Below are positions 59,330-64,000 of a DNA stretch of 64,000 nt, piece by piece. Position 1 is the stretch's first letter, and each line of letters starts with the position of its first letter. The notes under the pieces are model-generated. The model worked only from the letters and a program-made list of their open reading frames with translations, did no database searches and was not told the DNA's origin. The position numbers and the translations under genes are program-made. This DNA comes from Scenedesmus sp. PABB004 (lineage: Eukaryota). The stretch is taken from positions 930,001-994,000 of the forward strand of contig JABVCE010000008.1 of assembly GCA_014905635.1 (NCBI GenBank). The letters run 5' to 3'.

Positions 59330-62300
59330 ATGGCGGGGCACTGGCGCTACACGGCGAGCGTGCCGCTGTGGATCATGGGCAAGGACGGAGACGGCGAGAA
59401 GGTCGCGGTGCGCGCGCCTGGCAGCGCCCCGGCGCGTGCGGCACGTGGCGCCAGCGCCGCGGCCCCGCCCCTGGGAGGGGCAGCTGCGCCGCCGCCGCCG
59501 CTCAGCCGCGCCGCGCCGCGCCGCGCCGCGCCGCGCCGCGCCGCGCCCGCGGCAGCTGTACCGCGTGAACGTGCTGCTGCAGTCGCCCGACGCGCCGGAG
59601 CTGGGCACGCGGCCGCCGTTCTTCGTGCTGCGCCGCTACTCGCAGTTCAGGCAGCTGCACGCAGAGGTGCGCGCCCGCGACGGCAACGAACCGCGCGCGC
59701 TCCGCACGCTGCGGGGCCGCCGGCGGTTCGCACCCCCCTACCCCCCCCTCCCCTATCCCCTCCTCCGCCCTCGCCCCTGCCCCCCACGCCTGCCGCCGCC
59801 GCCGGCGCCGCCGACGACGACGACGACGACGCCGCCGGCGCCGCCGGCGCCTGGCCCCGCGCGCCGCCGCAGCTGAGCAAGGCCTTTCCAGAGCTCATGA
59901 GCGACCGCGCGCTCGCGCCGCCGCCCAAGCACACGCTCGCGGCGCTCGGCGGCGGCCAGCAGCACAAGGAGCTGCTCGACCGGTGCGCCCGCTTGCCCGC
60001 CAGCGCCCGCTTGCCCGCCAGCGCCCGCTTGCCCGCCAGCGAGCGCGCCGACGCACGCCGACGCGCGCCGGCGCGCGCCGGCCGCCGCCCGCCGCGCAGG
60101 CGTCGCGGCGAGCTCGAGGCGTGGCTGTGGGCGCTGATCTCGCGGCCGGAGCTCGCGCGCAGCGCCGCGCTGCGGGCGTTCCTGGAGTTTGATCGCGCCC
60201 TCGCGCGCGCGCAGGCGGCACGGTGCGTGCGGCGCGCGCGGCGCGGAGCCGGCACCCCCAGGCATCCCTCCCCTGCCCCCCTCGCCCCCCCCTTCCCTTG
60301 CCGCGCCGGCCGCGACCTGCCGCGACCGCCCGCCCGCCGCCGCCGCCGCAGCCACGCCAGCAGCAGCGCGACGCAGCTGGCGGGCGGCAGCAGCGGCCGC
60401 AGCAGCCCGCTGCCGCCGGCGTCGCCCTTTCCAGCTGCGACGCCCACGCACGGCGGCAGCGGCGGCGGCTTTGGCAGCAGCGGCGGCCTCGGCTCGCACG
60501 GCCAGCTCATGTTCGCTGGCAGCACGGCAGCCACGTCGTCGGCGGCGTCGTCCGAGGCGGGCGACTGGGAGGCCGGCGGAGAGCGGGGCGGCCACCACGC
60601 GCACCAACACAGCGCCGGCGGCCGGAGCTACGGCGAGCCGGACGGTGCCGGCGGCCTGCCAAGCCCGCTGCCGCACCCGCGCCTGGCGCCCATCGCCACC
60701 AGCGCGCCGGCGCTGCAGCCGCGAGGCGACAGCACGGGCAGCGGCGCCCCGGGCCCGCAGCAGCGGCTGGGGCTGCGCCTGGAGCAGCGCTCGGACGTGC
60801 GGCGCCTGGTGGACATGCTGGCGCGGCGCGTGCGGCAGGCGGGCGACGACCTCGCGGCGGCGGTGGCCGAGGTGCGGCTGCGCGCGAGCGCGCCGCCCGC
60901 GCCGCACAGCCAGCGCGCTCACGCTGCCGCCCCTGGCGCAGGTGACGGCGCTGCAGTCTGCCAACGCGTGCCTCAGCGACGCGCTCGCGTCGGCGCGGGA
61001 GGAGCTGGAGCTCCAGCCCGGCGGCAGCGTGGCGACGCAGCTCGAGGCGGTGCGCGCCGCGCGCACACGGCCGCGCCTCGCCGGCCGTGTGCCCTGTGTG
61101 CCGAGCGGCCGCCCGCCGCGCGCTGCCTGCCGCGCGCGCGCGCGCGCGCGCCGCCGCCCCGCGCGCCCCGCCTCCGCGCAGGAGCGGGCAGAGGTGGCGC
61201 GGCTCAAGCGTGCGCTGAGCGAGGCGACCGCTGCAGGGGAGCGTGAGTATCTAGACCTGGAGCAGCAGCTGGCAGAGGCCGAGCGCGCGCGCGCCGCCGC
61301 GGCCGGCCGCGCGCGCGAGCTGGAGCAGCAGCTGGAGCACGCGCCGCACGGCGCGCTCGCGGCGGTCGCTGAGGCGTCCGACGAGGGCGGCGGCCCGGCC
61401 GCTGCCGAGGTCGACGGGGCCGCCAGGCTGCGGCAGGAGCTGGGGGAGGCGCGGGAGCAGCTGGAGCAGTTGCGACAGGAGCTGGCGGCGGCCGCTGCTG
61501 GCCGCCAGGCAGCCGAGGCGGCGCTGCATGAGCAGCAGGAGCGCGCTGCCGCCGCCGCCTCCGCTGCCGCAGCCAAGGCGCGGGAGGGTCAGCTGTTGCT
61601 TGCGAAAGAGGTTCAGCGGCTGCGCGGCGAGCTGGCACACGCCAAGGAGGCGCACGGCGCCGCAACCGCCGAGCTGGCGGCGTCTGTCGCAGCCGCGGCC
61701 GCACCAGCCACGTGCGACGCCCAGCAGCTGGAGGAGCTGCAGGCTCAACTGGCCGAGGCGCAGGCCGCGGCTGCGGCGGCCACTGGTGCGCTCGCAGAGC
61801 AGCGGGCGGCGGCGGCGAGCCAGGCGGAGCAGCTGGCTGAGGTGCAGGCGCTGCAGGCCGCGCTTGCAGAGGCGCGTGCCAGCATGGCCGAGGCGGAGGC
61901 CGGCCGCGCCGCCGCGCGGACAGACGCCGCCGCGGCCCAGGCGCAGGCAGAGGCCGTCGCGCGGCAGCTGGAGGCAGCGACAGCGGCCGCCGCCACGAGC
62001 GGTGCTGCCGAGGACAAGGCCGCGGGCCTGACAGAGGACCTGCAGGCGGCCGCGCAGCGGGAGCAGGCGCTGCAGCAGGCGCTGGCAGCGGCGCAGGAGG
62101 AGCTGGGTGCGGCAAACGCGCGGGCGGCGGCGGCAGCGGCAGACCTGCAAGCGCAGCTGGGCGCGGCGCGCGCTGGCGCCGAGAAGCTGCAGAGCGACGC
62201 AGCGGCGGCGCAGCAGGCGGCTGCCGCGGCGCAGGAGCAGCTCGACGCCGCCGCGGCGGCCATGTCGGCGGCCGAGGCGGACGCCGCCGCCGCCCGGTCC

Positions 62301-64000
62301 GAGCTCAGCGCCGCGCAGGAGCGGCTGCAGGCAGCGCAGCACCAGGAGCAGCAGCTGCGCGGGCAGCTGGCCGAGGCGGAGGCCGGCCGCGCCGCCGCGC
62401 GGACAGACGCCGCCGCGGCCCAGGCGCAGGCAGAGGCCGTCGCGCGGCAGCTGGAGGCAGCGACAGCGGCCGCCGCCACGAGCGGTGCTGCCGAGGACAA
62501 GGCCGCGGGCCTGACAGAGGACCTGCAGGCGGCCGCGCAGCGGGAGCAGGCGCTGCAGCAGGCGCTGGCAGCGGCGCAGGAGGAGCTGGGTGCGGCAAAC
62601 GCGCGGGCGGCGGCGGCAGCGGCAGACCTGCAAGCGCAGCTGGGCGCGGCGCGCGCTGGCGCCGAGAAGCTGCAGAGCGACGCAGCGGCGGCGCAGCAGG
62701 CGGCTGCCGCGGCGCAGGAGCAGCTCGACGCCGCCGCGGCGGCCATGTCGGCGGCCGAGGCGGACGCCGCCGCCGCCCGGTCCGAGCTCAGCGCCGCGCA
62801 GGAGCGGCTGCAGGCAGCGCAGCACCAGGAGCAGCAGCTGCGCGGGCAGCTGGCCGAGGCGGAGGCCGGCCGCGCCGCCGCGCGGACAGACGCCGCCGCG
62901 GCCCAGGCGCAGGCAGAGGCCGTCGCGCGGCAGCTGGAGGCAGCGACAGCGGCCGCCGCCACGAGCGGTGCTGCCGAGGACAAGGCCGCGGGCCTGACAG
63001 AGGACCTGCAGGCGGCCGCGCAGCGGGAGCAGGCGCTGCAGCAGGCGCTGGCAGCGGCGCAGGAGGAGCTGGGTGCGGCAAACGCGCGGGCGGCGGCGGC
63101 AGCGGCAGACCTGCAAGCGCAGCTGGGCGCGGCGCGCGCTGGCGCCGAGAAGCTGCAGAGCGACGCAGCGGCGGCGCAGCAGGCGGCTGCCGCGGCGCAG
63201 GAGCAGCTCGACGCCGCCGCGGCGGCCATGTCGGCGGCCGAGGCGGACGCCGCCGCCGCCCGGTCCGAGCTCAGCGCCGCGCAGGAGCGGCTGCAGGCAG
63301 CGCAGCACCAGGAGCAGCAGCTGCGCGGGCAGCTGGCCGAGGCGGAGGCCGGCCGCGCCGCCGCGAGGACAGACGCCGCCGCGGCCCAGGCGCAGGCAGA
63401 GGCCGTCGCGCGGCAGCTGGAGGCAGCGACAGCGGCCGCCGCCACGAGCGGTGCTGCCGAGGACAAGGCCGCGGGCCTGACAGAGGACCTGCAGGCGGCC
63501 GCGCAGCGGGAGCAGGCGCTGCAGCAGGCGCTGGCAGCGGCGCAGGAGGAGCTGGGTGCGGCAAACGCGCGGGCGGCGGCGGCAGCGGCAGACCTGCAAG
63601 CGCAGCTGGGCGCGGCGCGCGCTGGCGCCGAGAAGCTGCAGAGCGACGCAGCGGCGGCGCAGCAGGCGGCTGCCGCGGCGCAGGAGCAGCTCGACGCCGC
63701 CGCGGCGGCCATGTCGGCGGCCGAGGCGGACGCCGCCGCCGCCCGGTCCGAGCTCAGCGCCGCGCAGGAGCGGCTGCAGGCAGCGCAGCACCAGGAGCAG
63801 CAGCTGCGCGGGCAGCTGGCCGAGGCGGAGGCCGGCCGCGCCGCCGCGCGGACAGACGCCGCCGCGGCCCAGGCGCAGGCAGAGGCCGTCGCGCGGCAGC
63901 TGGAGGCAGCGACAGCGGCCGCCGCCACGAGCGGTGCTGCCGAGGACAAGGCCGCGGGCCTGACAGAGGACCTGCAGGCGGCCGCGCAGCGGGAGCAGGC
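59330..64000 (+). CDS. PX-domain coiled-coil protein, EREX/EREL-like; runs off the right edge
   Basis: WRYTASVPLW..|LYRVNVLLQSP..VLRRYSQFRQLHAE|LSKAFP..PPPK..ELLDR|RRGELEAWLWALISRPELARSAALRAFLE; RLEQRSDVRRLVDMLARRV; long Ala/Glu/Gln coiled coil. Confidence 0.85.
61885..64000 (+). repeat. 483-bp coding tandem repeat (161 aa), at least 4.4 copies
   Basis: Units start at 61885, 62368, 62851, 63334 and 63817; near identical (one synonymous CGG>AGG seen at 63366). Confidence 0.97.

Noticed and set aside
59984..60040. Short 18-bp intronic tandem repeat (similar ones at about 1105-1145 and 56527-56590)
   Set aside because: Local slippage duplications with no shared sequence or spacer structure.
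61251..63949. Long antisense ORFs (846 and 734 aa) over the tandem array
   Set aside because: They are reverse-frame shadows of the plus-strand coiled-coil repeat.
61885..64000. CRISPR-like or satellite interpretation of the array
   Set aside because: No unique spacers; the units are contiguous, in frame and coding.

Overview
Eukaryotic nuclear DNA with extremely high GC, dense short spliceosomal introns and TGTAA-type poly(A) signals. This is most consistent with a chlorophyte green alga (Sphaeropleales-like; inference). Most ORFs in the supplied track are artefacts of GC bias. I can support about 24 genes, most of them spliced: COG3044/MRB1590-like ABC-class ATPase, two J-domain proteins (one DNAJC17-like), GT8 glycosyltransferase, CNBD-type cation channel, EBP2, EMC4, DCAF8/WDTC1-like WD40 protein, OPR-RAP protein, PIN/AEC-family transporter, LSMT-type SET methyltransferase, CD36/LIMP-2-like receptor, FLOE/DUF1421 protein, Musashi/hnRNP-type RRM protein, an EREX-like PX protein with a 483-bp coding tandem array, and several unknown genes. 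The most unusual structure is at 9.2-26.9 kb. It holds three members of an unrecognised nuclear-protein family with tandem ~100-aa domains. Two are preceded by a 5'-truncated copy of the family 3' end (pseudo-LTR-like), one is a chimera bounded by a 461-bp near-perfect direct repeat, and one tail copy carries a 201-bp intron flanked by a 6-bp direct repeat that the paralogs lack. Other highlights are frequent GC-AG introns, bicistronic candidates, a GTGYG channel filter, and a head-to-head pair of distantly paralogous secreted helical proteins. Recurrent single-base frameshifts suggest assembly indels, so some gene ends are uncertain.
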